This document shows positions 1-9,641 of a DNA stretch of 64,000 nt, piece by piece. Source of the DNA: Candidatus Thorarchaeota archaeon (GTDB lineage Archaea > Asgardarchaeota > Thorarchaeia > Thorarchaeales > Thorarchaeaceae). Numbering within the stretch: position 1 is the stretch's first letter; every line of letters starts with the position of its first letter. Location: contig CP070761.1 in NCBI GenBank assembly GCA_020348985.1, positions 2,355,102 to 2,419,101 on the forward strand, in the 5' to 3' direction. The notes beneath the pieces were generated by a model. The model worked only from the letters and a program-made list of their open reading frames with translations. It made no database searches and had not been told where the DNA came from. The translations under genes and the position numbers were made by a program.

Positions 1-1317
1 GAGGTTGCATTCAAACAGTCTGGAGTGATTCGTGCAGATAACATGGCTGAGCTCTTTGAAGTGGCCAATGTCTACGATGACATGGGTCTTCCTCCGGGGA
101 ATCGTGTTGCGATCATAACAAATGCGGGAGGGCCCGGTATACTCACGACTGACGCTTGTGAGCTGATGGGCTTGAAGATTGCCCAGTTATCATCAGACAC
201 TATTGCCTACTTGAAAGAAAAAATGCCGCCAGCAGCATCAGTGTACAATCCAATCGATGCATTGGGAACTGCGCAGCCTGAGCACTATTCATCGTGTCTA
301 GAGGCCGTCATGAGAGATGAGAATGTAGACTCAGTTCTGATTCTCCTGACTCCACAAGCAATGACGAAACCCATTGAGACCGCTGAGGTTTTGGTGGAAT
401 CGTACAGGAAGTACCCAGACAAACCTCTCCTTGCAGTCTTCATGGGCGGATCAACGATGGACCGACCCAGAATCATACTAAATGAGGGAGGAATACCAGA
501 ATTCGATTTTCCCGAGAGAGCGGTCAACGCCCTCGCAGAGCTCTACAGATACACCGTTGTACGAGATCGAATGACCGATGAAGCGACTCCTTCGTTTTCA
601 GTTGACAAGAAAAAGGTCAATGAGATTATTGCGAAGGTTCGAGAAGATGGCCGTCGTGTCATGTTGGGCAGTGAAGCACATTCGATTGCCGAGGCCTACG
701 GCATCCCTGTCGCGAAGATAAGATTGGCAACAAGTTCAGAAGAAGCAAAGAGAATCGCCAATGACCTCGGGTACCCCTTGGTCATGAAGATTTCAAGTCC
801 GGACATAATTCACAAGACAGACATTGGTGGCATTATGCTCGGTCTAGAAACAGAAGAGGAGGTTGAGGCGGCCTTCCTCGAGATTCTTGGTAATGCTCGA
901 ACTCATGCTCCAAGAGCTGTGATCTACGGAGTCGATGTCCAGCAGATGGTACCAAAGGGAAAGGAGCTGATAATCGGATGTTCTCGAGACGTCCAGTTTG
1001 GACCCCTCGTTATGTTTGGAGCAGGTGGCATCTTCGTGAACTATCTGAAGGATGTGGCGTTCAGGCTGGCACCATTGACACGTACGCATGCTGCTGACCT
1101 AATGGATGAGACAAAGATGAGTACCATCTTGAAGGGCGTTCGTGGAGAAGCTCCAAGTGACTTGGCAGCGCTAGAGGATACAATACTTCGAATCAGTCAA
1201 CTTGTGACAGACTTTGAGGACGTCGTCGAGTTGGACATAAACCCCGTCTTCTGTTATGAGAAAGGTCAAGGGATTTCAGCAGTCGACGTGAAGATTACGA
1301 TAAGTGGTGAACGTTAA
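1..1317 (+). CDS. acdAB: ADP-forming acetate/acyl-CoA ligase, fused alpha/beta type (5' truncated by window)
   Basis: Frame open from base 1; TNAGGPG and NPID motifs of the CoA-ligase domain, followed by an ATP-grasp domain (KISSPDIIHKTDIGG, ELDINP). Confidence 0.9.
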   Translation, partial: EVAFKQSGVIRADNMAELFEVANVYDDMGLPPGNRVAIITNAGGPGILTTDACELMGLKIAQLSSDTIAYLKEKMPPAASVYNPIDALGTAQPEHYSSCLEAVMRDENVDSVLILLTPQAMTKPIETAEVLVESYRKYPDKPLLAVFMGGSTMDRPRIILNEGGIPEFDFPERAVNALAELYRYTVVRDRMTDEATPSFSVDKKKVNEIIAKVREDGRRVMLGSEAHSIAEAYGIPVAKIRLATSSEEAKRIANDLGYPLVMKISSPDIIHKTDIGGIMLGLETEEEVEAAFLEILGNARTHAPRAVIYGVDVQQMVPKGKELIIGCSRDVQFGPLVMFGAGGIFVNYLKDVAFRLAPLTRTHAADLMDETKMSTILKGVRGEAPSDLAALEDTILRISQLVTDFEDVVELDINPVFCYEKGQGISAVDVKITISGER

Positions 1318-2378
1318 TGGCTAGGAATATTGTAGTAACCGGGGAGGCGGGCACAGGAAAGACCATGGTGGCCCTAGCGATTGCCATGGGACTTCGTGCC
1401 AAAGGAAAGAAAGTGGGTTACTTCAAGCCTGCTGGAGAGAAAAGCTTCAAACGTAGCAAGGACGGAATGTCGATTGACGAGGACGCTGCAATAATGAAAG
1501 ATGTCCTCGGCTTGGAGGCAGATGCTGGGTCTATCTGCCCGATACCTCAGTCTCATACATCGTTTGATGAGCTCGCAAAGATTGGCACCGCTGACCTGAA
1601 GGCCAAGATCCAGGAGTCTTATGATGAAGTATCCAGGGGCATGGATGTTGTTATCATCGAAGGTACAAGAGATCCCTGGCAGCTTCTACACGTGAATCTC
1701 TCAACCCCTCAGATAGCTCAGATGATGGAGGCCCGTGTTCTCTGCCTTGTCAATTTCACCGAGCTATCTGCGACCGACAATATCCTCCATCTGAAGAGTT
1801 TCTTCAATCAGCACGGCATCGCCTCTATGGGCGTTGTGCTGACTATGGTACCCCCGATGCTCAAGAACACGATTCAGAATGAGATACCGAAGTTCATGGA
1901 GGAACATGAAATTGGCTTCTGCGGAGCGATATATCATCGAAGAGAGCTATTCAATCCCACAATACGAGATATCCTGCGTGCTCTGGATGGAGAAATGATA
2001 GTGGGGGACGACAAGCTGGATCATCTTATCGATCAATTCCTAATTGGAAGCATGCTGCCGGAAAATGCGCTGAAGTGGTTCCGCAGAGCTAGGGACAGTG
2101 CTGTCATCACAGGCGGCGACCGTGCTGATCTTTGTCTTGCTGCAATGGAAACAGATGTAGCTTTGTTGATTCTGACTGGGGGTCTAGGTCCTGACATCCG
2201 AACAATCTCTAGGGCAAAGGAGACTGGTGTTCCCATTCTGATGACGGCTCACGACACGTATGCAACGGGGCGAATTGTTGACGGACTCATAGGGACAGTT
2301 TCTGCAGAGAATAAGAGGAAGATAAAGACCATAGAGAAGATTGTTGGTGAAGCACTGGACTTTGCATGCCTCAGTTAG
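1317..2378 (+). CDS. Phosphotransacetylase-family protein (BioD-like P-loop N-terminus + DRTGG domain)
   Basis: GEAGTGKT P-loop, GYFKP, ITGGDR motif; coupled to acd by TAATG overlap. Confidence 0.85.
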   Translation: MARNIVVTGEAGTGKTMVALAIAMGLRAKGKKVGYFKPAGEKSFKRSKDGMSIDEDAAIMKDVLGLEADAGSICPIPQSHTSFDELAKIGTADLKAKIQESYDEVSRGMDVVIIEGTRDPWQLLHVNLSTPQIAQMMEARVLCLVNFTELSATDNILHLKSFFNQHGIASMGVVLTMVPPMLKNTIQNEIPKFMEEHEIGFCGAIYHRRELFNPTIRDILRALDGEMIVGDDKLDHLIDQFLIGSMLPENALKWFRRARDSAVITGGDRADLCLAAMETDVALLILTGGLGPDIRTISRAKETGVPILMTAHDTYATGRIVDGLIGTVSAENKRKIKTIEKIVGEALDFACLS

Positions 2379-2405
2379 AATCCACAACCGTCCGAAGAGG
2401 GTGGT

Positions 2406-2669
2406 GAGAAGGAGCGGAATCGCTCCAACTCAGAAACAACGAGAGCGTTGGACTCGCCGGGAGGAGTCCAATACGCAAGATGTTGGCTTGAAGACAAGGA
2501 TAAGTCACTGTGTGTAGTTCAGCAAATACCGGCTCTTTGCTCTAGTAATACCCTGAACAAGTGACAAGTATAGCTAATCTCAAGAGAAGTGGATAGCCAA
2601 CGCTAGGTGACACGGACAGCTATTCTCAGCGGATGAGAAGTCTCGTTTTTCTGGTTGCTTCTGCTTCTC
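2406..2669 (+). ncRNA. Putative structured non-coding RNA, family unassigned
   Basis: At least seven nested helices: 2406-2411/2664-2669, 2431-2444/2641-2653, 2445-2455/2464-2476, 2482-2488/2595-2601, 2504-2509/2560-2565, 2517-2522/2553-2558, 2623-2628/2634-2639. Strand inferred from G-U pairs. Confidence 0.5.
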
Positions 2670-2737
2670 GCAAAGGATTTATGACAGCGTCTTCCGTTGC
2701 CAATGCGCGACTTTACTAAGTAAACGAGGTATGTTAA

Positions 2738-3505
2738 TTGGCAGGAAGTGCTGCAGAAACAACACCGGATTCGGCTGAAAGGGCTGAGGCTGGTTCGGAG
2801 ACAGCTGGTGAGCTGAAATCTCTTGAACTAGTCAGGTCTCGGAGGTCAATCCGAGAATTCACAGGCGAACGCATTCCCGATGAGCACATCGAGCTCATCT
2901 TGGAGGCTGCTCGGCATGCTCCAAGTCCGGAGAACATGCTGATGATTCGTTTCATTGTGATTCGCGACGATCAAGAAACCAAGGAATTCCTCGCAGACAT
3001 TGCTCAGGAAATGGCTGAAACCGCGTTTGGTGGTGCGCCGTTTGAGCTCACTTCTGGACGAAACTGGTTCATATCGGACCCGTATCGTGCGGCAGTCTAC
3101 GCGAGGTTAAGGGATGGAAAGCTATTCAGATATCCCGAGAAGAGCGATGCTGTAATCCTAGTTTGTGCAAGTGAAACATGGCATGATGCCGGCTATCTGT
3201 ATCCCAATGATCTCTTCGGTTCTGTTGTGTCAGGAATGGCAATTCAGAACATGTGGCTTGTAGCCACAGAGCTGGGATACGGATGTGGGTACGAGGCATT
3301 GGTCTGTTCAGACCCCCGACATGCAATGCTAATCAGAGACCGAGTTGGAATCCCGCCAACTTGGACACCTTTGACAGCATTCTGTATTGGAGTCAGAGTG
3401 TCGCCAAGAGCATTAGGACCTAGCAGACCTCCAATCGAGGGTCTCATGTACGAGGAGCGTTGGGGTCTTCCGTACAAGCGTATGGCATTCAGGAAGAAGG
3501 GGTGA
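2738..3505 (+). CDS. Nitroreductase family protein
   Basis: RRSIREF, APSPEN and AIQNMWLVATELGYG motifs; GAGGT RBS before TTG. Confidence 0.85.
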   Translation: MAGSAAETTPDSAERAEAGSETAGELKSLELVRSRRSIREFTGERIPDEHIELILEAARHAPSPENMLMIRFIVIRDDQETKEFLADIAQEMAETAFGGAPFELTSGRNWFISDPYRAAVYARLRDGKLFRYPEKSDAVILVCASETWHDAGYLYPNDLFGSVVSGMAIQNMWLVATELGYGCGYEALVCSDPRHAMLIRDRVGIPPTWTPLTAFCIGVRVSPRALGPSRPPIEGLMYEERWGLPYKRMAFRKKG

Positions 3506-3510
3506 ATCAA

Positions 3511-3768
3511 ATGGACGTAAGTTTCGACGAAAAGACCATGGAGAAGCTCACCGAGCTAGCAACTGAAGCAAACCTGAGCGTGCCCGGTCTCATCGAAGTA
3601 GTGATGCATCAGTTTGCCAACAATGTCGGTGCACGATGCTACACTGGCAGATGGTCAAAGGGCGAAGTCGATGACGTCAAGGGATTTCGCTATTGTGTGC
3701 AATGGCCTTTCAAACCTGGATTCCTTGAGGCAGAAGGGGACAAGGTCAAGAAGTGGAGGTTGGAATAG
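3511..3768 (+). CDS. Small hypothetical protein, N-terminal ribbon-helix-helix-like segment
   Basis: GGGTGA RBS; beta-alpha-alpha pattern MDVSFDEKTMEKLTELATEANLSVPGLIEVVM. Confidence 0.65.
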   Translation: MDVSFDEKTMEKLTELATEANLSVPGLIEVVMHQFANNVGARCYTGRWSKGEVDDVKGFRYCVQWPFKPGFLEAEGDKVKKWRLE

Positions 3769-4041
3769 ATGGCTAAATTTAGAAAACACCCAACAGGTCA
3801 ATGGCCCTTCTATCCAAGATTGAAAGAAGGCGACATTGAACATGAGTACTGGTCCAGCAAGAAGATGTATCACAAGGCGTTTCTCACGGACCGGATGGGC
3901 CGTATCGTTGTCACAATGGACGGTGATTCCTATGATGAGTTCTTGGATGCTGTAAGAAAGAAGAAAGGAAACATCTGGGCATCATCAATCGATGAGGCAA
4001 TGCGAGAGGCAATGGCGGCTTGGGTTGCAAAGGAGGACTGA
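3769..4041 (+). CDS. Small hypothetical protein, C-terminal ribbon-helix-helix-like segment
   Basis: GGAGGT RBS; tight operon packing; RIVVTMDGDSYDEF...SIDEAMREAMAAW. Confidence 0.65.
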   Translation: MAKFRKHPTGQWPFYPRLKEGDIEHEYWSSKKMYHKAFLTDRMGRIVVTMDGDSYDEFLDAVRKKKGNIWASSIDEAMREAMAAWVAKED

Positions 4042-4043
4042 AG

Positions 4044-4406
4044 ATGAGTCAGTTACAGGAATTCTTCCAATTCTTGGTTTCAAAGGTCAAAGAGAAAGAA
4101 GACCTTCAGAAACTTGTTGTTGAGTGGGTCGGTCCATTCGATGGTAAGATCCTTCAGGTAACTACTGAAGATGGGCCGCAGTACATGATAGTCCAAAAGG
4201 AGCCTCCTTGGATGACAGTCCATCAGGGCACATATCCAAGTCCTGATGTCATATATCGATCAACGTCAGAAGTTCTTCTGGGAATCTTCACCGGCGAAGT
4301 ACCGTTCAAGGACACTATGGCTGATGGGCGCCTGGACGTCATTGGGAACGCAAATGAGAGCGACCCTCTGGCCAATCTCATCTTGGCTGCCATGATGGGA
4401 ATGTAG
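4044..4406 (+). CDS. SCP2 sterol/lipid-binding domain protein
   Basis: SCP2-like C-terminus (PDVIY...LLGIFTG...MADGRLDVIG); GGAGG RBS; beta-oxidation context. Confidence 0.7.
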   Translation: MSQLQEFFQFLVSKVKEKEDLQKLVVEWVGPFDGKILQVTTEDGPQYMIVQKEPPWMTVHQGTYPSPDVIYRSTSEVLLGIFTGEVPFKDTMADGRLDVIGNANESDPLANLILAAMMGM

Positions 4407-4418
4407 GAGGTACACATC

Positions 4419-5543
4419 ATGGATGTGAAGAAGATTGCAGTGATTGGTTCGGGCTTGATGGGCGCTGGGATTGCTTATGTGTCTGCATGGAATGGCTTTG
4501 AGGTTCATATGACAGATATCAGCCAAGAATTAGTTGAGGCTGGTATGGAGAGAATCCGCAACGATGTCATGACTGGCATCGACAAGGGTAAGATGTCAAT
4601 GACCGAGGCGGAAGGTCTCATGAGTCGCCTCAAGTATGGAACAAGCGCGGAGGAGGCCGCCAAGGACGCTGATCTGGTTATAGAAGCGATTTTCGAGAAC
4701 ATGGAGGTCAAAAAGGAAGTCTTCGCCAAGATTGACGCTGCCGCTCCTGAGCATACCATCTTGGCCACAAACACATCGTCTCTTTCGATCGATGAGCTCG
4801 CTAGTGCCACCAATAGACCAGAACGGTTTGTTGGTATGCATTACTTTTCGCCCGTTGCAGCAATGAAGCTTCTAGAAATCGTGTTGGGCGAGAAGACAAG
4901 TGAGGGGACTCTGGCAGTTGCCAAAGCTGTTGGTGAGAAACAGAAGAAGACATGTGTGACAGCCAAGAACAGTCCAGGATTCATCGTAAACAGAATCCTC
5001 ATGCCTACGATGCGAGAGGCCATCATGCTATATGAACGAGGTGTGGCCACCAAGGAAGAGATTGACACGGCAATGACATCGATAGCTGGAATGCCTGCCG
5101 GGCCCTTCACTCTTGGTGACTTCGTTGGCCTAGACATTGCATTTAATGCAATGAGTACGCTCTACAGAGAGATTGGCGACTGTTTCACTCCTCCCGACAC
5201 GCTCAAGAACCTAGTAGAATCTGGTGCAATTGGCACGAAGGCTAAGAAGGGATTCTACCTTTACGGGGGCGAAGAGGAAGAACCTGAGCCTCCAAAGGGT
5301 GCAGATCTTGAGGAAGTCGCTCAAACGATTTCAATCATGGGAATCCGCGAAGCCATGTTGCTAGTAGATGAAGGGATTGCAGACAGAGAGGACATCGATT
5401 TGGCGATGAAGTTGGGTGCTGCCTTCCCACAGGGTCCGTTTGAGCAAGCAGAAAAGATTGGAATGGACAAGTGTCGCGAAATCATCACCAAGCTCTATGA
5501 AGAGCACGGTGAGTGCTATAGCGTTCCAAAGATGCTTCAATAG
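4419..5543 (+). CDS. 3-hydroxyacyl-CoA dehydrogenase with duplicated C-terminal domain
   Basis: GSGLMG Rossmann motif, ATNTSSL, GMHYF, PGFIVNR; second dimerisation domain (DIDLAMKLGAAFPQGP). Confidence 0.93.
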   Translation: MDVKKIAVIGSGLMGAGIAYVSAWNGFEVHMTDISQELVEAGMERIRNDVMTGIDKGKMSMTEAEGLMSRLKYGTSAEEAAKDADLVIEAIFENMEVKKEVFAKIDAAAPEHTILATNTSSLSIDELASATNRPERFVGMHYFSPVAAMKLLEIVLGEKTSEGTLAVAKAVGEKQKKTCVTAKNSPGFIVNRILMPTMREAIMLYERGVATKEEIDTAMTSIAGMPAGPFTLGDFVGLDIAFNAMSTLYREIGDCFTPPDTLKNLVESGAIGTKAKKGFYLYGGEEEEPEPPKGADLEEVAQTISIMGIREAMLLVDEGIADREDIDLAMKLGAAFPQGPFEQAEKIGMDKCREIITKLYEEHGECYSVPKMLQ

Positions 5544-5638
5544 CAGGTGAATGTGGGCAACCATCATTGGTTGTCCAATTCATCTCTTTTTCTTGCGTTC
5601 GACGTGTCAGTTTCAAACTGTAAACTTGAGGAACGCAG

Positions 5639-5646
5639 TTTATAAG
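5639..5646 (+). promoter_or_regulatory. TATA box upstream of enoyl-CoA hydratase
   Basis: TTTATAAG about 40 bp before the ATG. Confidence 0.5.
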
Positions 5647-5686
5647 CAGGCGTCATTCCACCTTCACAGCATTTCAATAAGAAGGG

Positions 5687-6505
5687 ATGACAATGCCAGA
5701 ATACGAAACAATGTTGTACAGCAAGGAGGGTTCGTTTCTCTCGCCTGTTAAGAACGTGGCAGTTATCAAGCTCAATCGCCCAGACGCATTGAACGCGATT
5801 AATGATCAATTCATCACAGATTTGGATGCTGCGTTGACAGAGGCCGAAAACGATCCTGACGTTCGTTCTATTGTGATAGGAACTGCCCACCCGAAGGTCT
5901 ACAGTACGGGCGCAGACCTGAAGGCGGCTCAAGCCCTGCTGAACAGTCCTGAAGAAGTGAAGGAGCTCACAATTCAAGGACAAGCTGTCATTGATAGGAT
6001 TGCTAAGCTAAGCAAGCCAACCATTGCTGCCGTACATGGTCTTGCTTTAGGCGGCGGATTCGAGATCGCGCTTGCCTGTGACATTCGCATAGCTGATGAG
6101 GAGGCGAAGTTTGGCTCAGTCGAGGTTGCCGTTGGCCTACTTCCTGGCTGGGGTGGTTGCGTCAGACTGCCAAGAATCGTGGGCCTTGGAAAGGCAATGG
6201 AAATGATTCTCACAGGCTCCCAGATCACGGCTGCGGAGGCCCTTGAGATGGGATTGATTAGCAAAGTGACATCTGTTGATGAGCTTATGAGTCAGGCAAT
6301 GTGGTATGGCGCAAAGCTCGGAGGCAATGCACCTGTTGCGATGAGATTGGCCAAGCAGGCAACTCACATGGCGTTTGAGGAAGAATACAAAGACAACCTG
6401 AAGTTCGAAGCTGAAGCAATATACGAGTGCTTCAAAACGAAGGATCTTGGCGAGGGAATTGCATCAGTCTTCGAGAAGCGTCGTGCCAAGTTTACTGGAG
6501 AATAG
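5687..6505 (+). CDS. Enoyl-CoA hydratase/isomerase (crotonase)
   Basis: LNRPDALNA, GADL, ALGGGFEIALACD, catalytic Glu in SVEVAVGLLPGWGG. Confidence 0.93.
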   Translation: MTMPEYETMLYSKEGSFLSPVKNVAVIKLNRPDALNAINDQFITDLDAALTEAENDPDVRSIVIGTAHPKVYSTGADLKAAQALLNSPEEVKELTIQGQAVIDRIAKLSKPTIAAVHGLALGGGFEIALACDIRIADEEAKFGSVEVAVGLLPGWGGCVRLPRIVGLGKAMEMILTGSQITAAEALEMGLISKVTSVDELMSQAMWYGAKLGGNAPVAMRLAKQATHMAFEEEYKDNLKFEAEAIYECFKTKDLGEGIASVFEKRRAKFTGE

Positions 6506-6516
6506 AACATCGATAT

Positions 6517-6535
6517 GGAGGCCTCTATGGCCTCC
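6517..6535 (+). terminator. GC-rich hairpin after enoyl-CoA hydratase
   Basis: GGAGGCC-TCTAT-GGCCTCC followed by a pyrimidine-rich tract. Confidence 0.5.
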
Positions 6536-6728
6536 CTCACCATTTCTTCTGTCTTCACATGTTGTATCATCAAGGTTCAATAGCCTCATTTTGCCACAAT
6601 CAACAACCAAATACTGGTTCTGGAGAGACTCAATGTATTCCGTCAACCTTAAGACCACGTTGGAAAAGGTTGAGTATTGCGAGTAATGGTACCATTGGGA
6701 GAAAGACACTCCCGTGGAGGATAATCAA

Positions 6729-7895
6729 ATGGGTAGAAATGTTGCTGTAGTGGCTGGTGGCCACAGCAAGTTTGGGAAGCGATACGACGCAACCATGAGA
6801 GAGCTTTGTGCCGAGGCGTACAAGCCAATCTACGATGAAGGTATAACACAAGACAGAATCGACGCAAGTGTTCTCTCGTATGCAGCATCGCAGTTCAGTG
6901 GTCAGGGAGCAGGCTCTGCACTCATTGCTGACTATCTGGGAATCCAGGATAAGCCTCACATGAGGGTGGAATCAGCATGTACAACGGGTACTGCATCTCT
7001 GAGAGCCGCCTGGGGAATGGTGGCTGCTGGTCTCTATGACGTCATGCTAGTTCTAGGTGTTGAACAGATGAATAGAGTATCTTCAGCCACAGCAACCGAG
7101 TACATGTCACAGGCTGGAGACATGCGTTGGGAGTATCCATTTGGCATCTCCTTCCCCGCGTTCTATGCCCTTATGGCATCACGATACATGGCAGACTACG
7201 GTATTCCTCATGAAGTTTTGTCTAGGATTTCTGTGAAGTCACACCATTATGGTGCACAGAATCCAAAGGCCCATCTGCCTAAGGAAGTCTCTCTGGAAGA
7301 AGCAGACAATGCAGTACCTATCTGTAGGCCCTTGAATCTGTATGATTGCAGTCTTATCACGGACGGTGCAGCCGCAGTTGTCATAGCCGCGGAAGAGAGA
7401 GTTAAGGAGTTCACTGATCGCCCGATGTGGATCAGAGGTATCGGGGCCGGAGCATCAGAGATGATGATTCAAGATCGCAAGAGCTTGACAAGCATACCTG
7501 GTGCGAAGAGAGCTGGAAAGGCAGCCTACGAGATGGCAGGTATCGGACCAGATGACATTGACATGGCTCAGGTTCATGATTGTTTCAGCATCGCAGAACT
7601 GATTGCATACGAGGATCTTGGTTTTGCCGAGCCTGGCAAAGGTCGTGAAATCGTTGAGAACAAGGAGAACTACCACGAGGGCAGGATTCCTGTCAATTGT
7701 GACGGTGGTCTGAAGAGCAAAGGCCATCCACTTGGTGCCACCGGAATCTCAATGACGTACGAGATTCTCAAGCAGATGAGAGGTGAAGCAGAGCAGCCGT
7801 CCAGGCAGATTAAAGATGTTAAGTACGGACTTGCTCACAACGTCGGCCAGAGTGGTCAGTTTGTTAATGTCTTCATCTTTGAGAGGGGATTCTAA
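6729..7895 (+). CDS. Thiolase (archaeal/SCP-x-type acetyl-CoA acetyltransferase)
   Basis: VESAC catalytic Cys, QVHDCF, KGHPLGATG, AHNVG. Confidence 0.92.
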   Translation: MGRNVAVVAGGHSKFGKRYDATMRELCAEAYKPIYDEGITQDRIDASVLSYAASQFSGQGAGSALIADYLGIQDKPHMRVESACTTGTASLRAAWGMVAAGLYDVMLVLGVEQMNRVSSATATEYMSQAGDMRWEYPFGISFPAFYALMASRYMADYGIPHEVLSRISVKSHHYGAQNPKAHLPKEVSLEEADNAVPICRPLNLYDCSLITDGAAAVVIAAEERVKEFTDRPMWIRGIGAGASEMMIQDRKSLTSIPGAKRAGKAAYEMAGIGPDDIDMAQVHDCFSIAELIAYEDLGFAEPGKGREIVENKENYHEGRIPVNCDGGLKSKGHPLGATGISMTYEILKQMRGEAEQPSRQIKDVKYGLAHNVGQSGQFVNVFIFERGF

Positions 7896-8311
7896 TGGCA
7901 GAGGAAAAGGAGCTCTACCTTGGGTACGCTACTGACAAAGCGGTCACGCCCTTCATGGCTGATTGGCTCAGGAATCTGGAGCAGGAAAAACTCATGAAGA
8001 GCAAGTGCACTTCATGTGGTACAGAGTATCTCCCTCCAAGGCAGCACTGTCAGAAGTGTCTCAGCATATGTGAGTTAACTGAATTCACTGAGAGAGAGGC
8101 AAAACTGTACTCGTATGTCATAGTTGACTTTGGACCTGAAAGCCTCTCAGACAAAGCACCATATGTGGTTGCAATTGGTGAATTTCCATCGGGTCTCCGG
8201 TTGACGGCTCACATTACAAACCTGATGTCCCCTCCTGAGGTCGGAATGCCTCTAAAGCTTGCTTTCGAGAAAATTGATGATAAGAAGATCAGCTACAAGT
8301 GGCTAGTCTGA
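7895..8311 (+). CDS. DUF35 Zn-ribbon/OB-fold thiolase partner
   Basis: CxxC..PP..CxxC followed by OB fold (PYVVAIGE, VGMPL); coupled to the thiolase. Confidence 0.9.
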   Translation: MAEEKELYLGYATDKAVTPFMADWLRNLEQEKLMKSKCTSCGTEYLPPRQHCQKCLSICELTEFTEREAKLYSYVIVDFGPESLSDKAPYVVAIGEFPSGLRLTAHITNLMSPPEVGMPLKLAFEKIDDKKISYKWLV

Positions 8312-8317
8312 ATAACG

Positions 8318-8337
8318 AGAGGGCCAAGGCGCCCTCT
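8318..8337. terminator. Hairpin between convergent genes
   Basis: AGAGGGC-N6-GCCCTCT followed by a T-rich tract. Confidence 0.5.
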
Positions 8338-8349
8338 TACGATTTCTTT

Positions 8350-8697
8350 CTAAGAACTGAATCTGCCGGCAGATGACTCCAGAACTTTTGCCCACTTGGT
8401 TAGAAACGCTACTTCTCTAAGAGTTTCAACATAGATTGCTGAGGCAGTCACAGGATCACTCTTGTCGATCTTCTTCATTGCATGGTCTATTAGTTCCATG
8501 ATGTCCTGAAGCCGTCTTCTGCCCTCATTCCTACGATAGTCACTAAAAACGACATAGTCTTCTAGTTCTGTGTTCCATGCACTCATGAATTGCTCTTGCT
8601 CTAAGACTGCCGTACCCAATTCGTAAGTGCTTACCAGAGACTCCCTCATCGCGGTTAGCGAATCCTTCCACGCCTGTCTATTATTTGGTATGCTCAT
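8350..8697 (-). CDS. Hypothetical alpha-helical protein
   Basis: 115 aa ORF from MSIPNN; fills the gap with a plausible composition; start uncertain. Confidence 0.65.
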   Translation of the reverse strand: MSIPNNRQAWKDSLTAMRESLVSTYELGTAVLEQEQFMSAWNTELEDYVVFSDYRRNEGRRRLQDIMELIDHAMKKIDKSDPVTASAIYVETLREVAFLTKWAKVLESSAGRFSS

Positions 8698-8842
8698 AGC
8701 TGCACACCTGGGTTGCAAAGGGGTTTGCGGCGTCTCAGAGCCCTCCAAACGGGTACATAAGTATTGACGAAAAACTGTCGCGTACTCCCAATGCTTATTA
8801 CTGACCACTTACGGCTTCGCTTAGTCTACGAGGAGCGATGTT

Positions 8843-9631
8843 ATGATGTCCGAAGAAGTAGTTCTCCTTGACATGTCTAATGGAATAGCCACAATCACAA
8901 TCAATCGACCAGACAAGTACAACGCTTTGAACTCGGAAGTTGTGACCAAGATTCGGGAGTTCATGCAGAAAGCTGAGGAAGACGAAGCAATAAGAGTCGT
9001 TGTCCTAACCGGCGTAGGCGAAAAGGCCTTTGCATCCGGGGCCGACATAAACGAATTCAAGGGCAGAGACTCCAAGAGTGTAAGGCCAAGGGTTGAGCGC
9101 GGTCAAGAGCTTTGCACGTACATGGAGTCGATGTCAAAGCCTACTATCGCAGCAATTAACGGATATGCTCTTGGCGGAGGGTGCGAGTTTGCCATGGCGT
9201 GTGACATTCGTTATGCCTCATCTAATGCCAGGCTTGGTCAACCCGAGATACTTCTTGGTATCATACCTGGATATGGTGGTACTGTCAGATTACCAAGACA
9301 TGTGGGACTTGGACGTGCAAAGGAGATGGTGTTTACTGGAGATCAGATCTCAGCTGAGGAGGCACACAGAATTGGACTAGTGAATCGAGTCTTTGAGACA
9401 GTTGACGATTTGCGTGCCGGGGTTGACGAACTGGCGGCGAAACTCGTAAAGAAGCCAGGGGTCGCAATCAAATTAGCGAAGCAGTCACTGAACGGTGCGT
9501 GGTCTATGTCCTTGGAAGATAATCTTGTTTTTGAGATTGATGCATTCTGCGAGACTTTCGATACTGAGGACAAAGACATCGGAGTCGAGGCATTCCTTAG
9601 CAAGGGTAAACCAGAATTCAAGCACAAATAG
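8843..9631 (+). CDS. Enoyl-CoA hydratase (crotonase)
   Basis: INRPDKYNAL, FASGADI, ALGGGCE, GQPEILLGIIPGYGG. Confidence 0.93.
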   Translation: MMSEEVVLLDMSNGIATITINRPDKYNALNSEVVTKIREFMQKAEEDEAIRVVVLTGVGEKAFASGADINEFKGRDSKSVRPRVERGQELCTYMESMSKPTIAAINGYALGGGCEFAMACDIRYASSNARLGQPEILLGIIPGYGGTVRLPRHVGLGRAKEMVFTGDQISAEEAHRIGLVNRVFETVDDLRAGVDELAAKLVKKPGVAIKLAKQSLNGAWSMSLEDNLVFEIDAFCETFDTEDKDIGVEAFLSKGKPEFKHK

Positions 9632-9641
9632 AAGGTGGGGC

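Noticed and set aside
2406-2669. Assignment of the structured region to RNase P, SRP RNA, a riboswitch or a MITE
   Set aside because: No GAGGAAAGUCC, SRP helix 8 or riboswitch consensus on either strand; the terminal complementarity is bulged and no target-site duplication is evident
3760-3775. In-frame TAG-ATG junction as possible pyrrolysine/amber read-through fusion
   Set aside because: The second ORF has its own GGAGGT RBS and ATG, and no pyl genes are in the window; ordinary operon packing explains it
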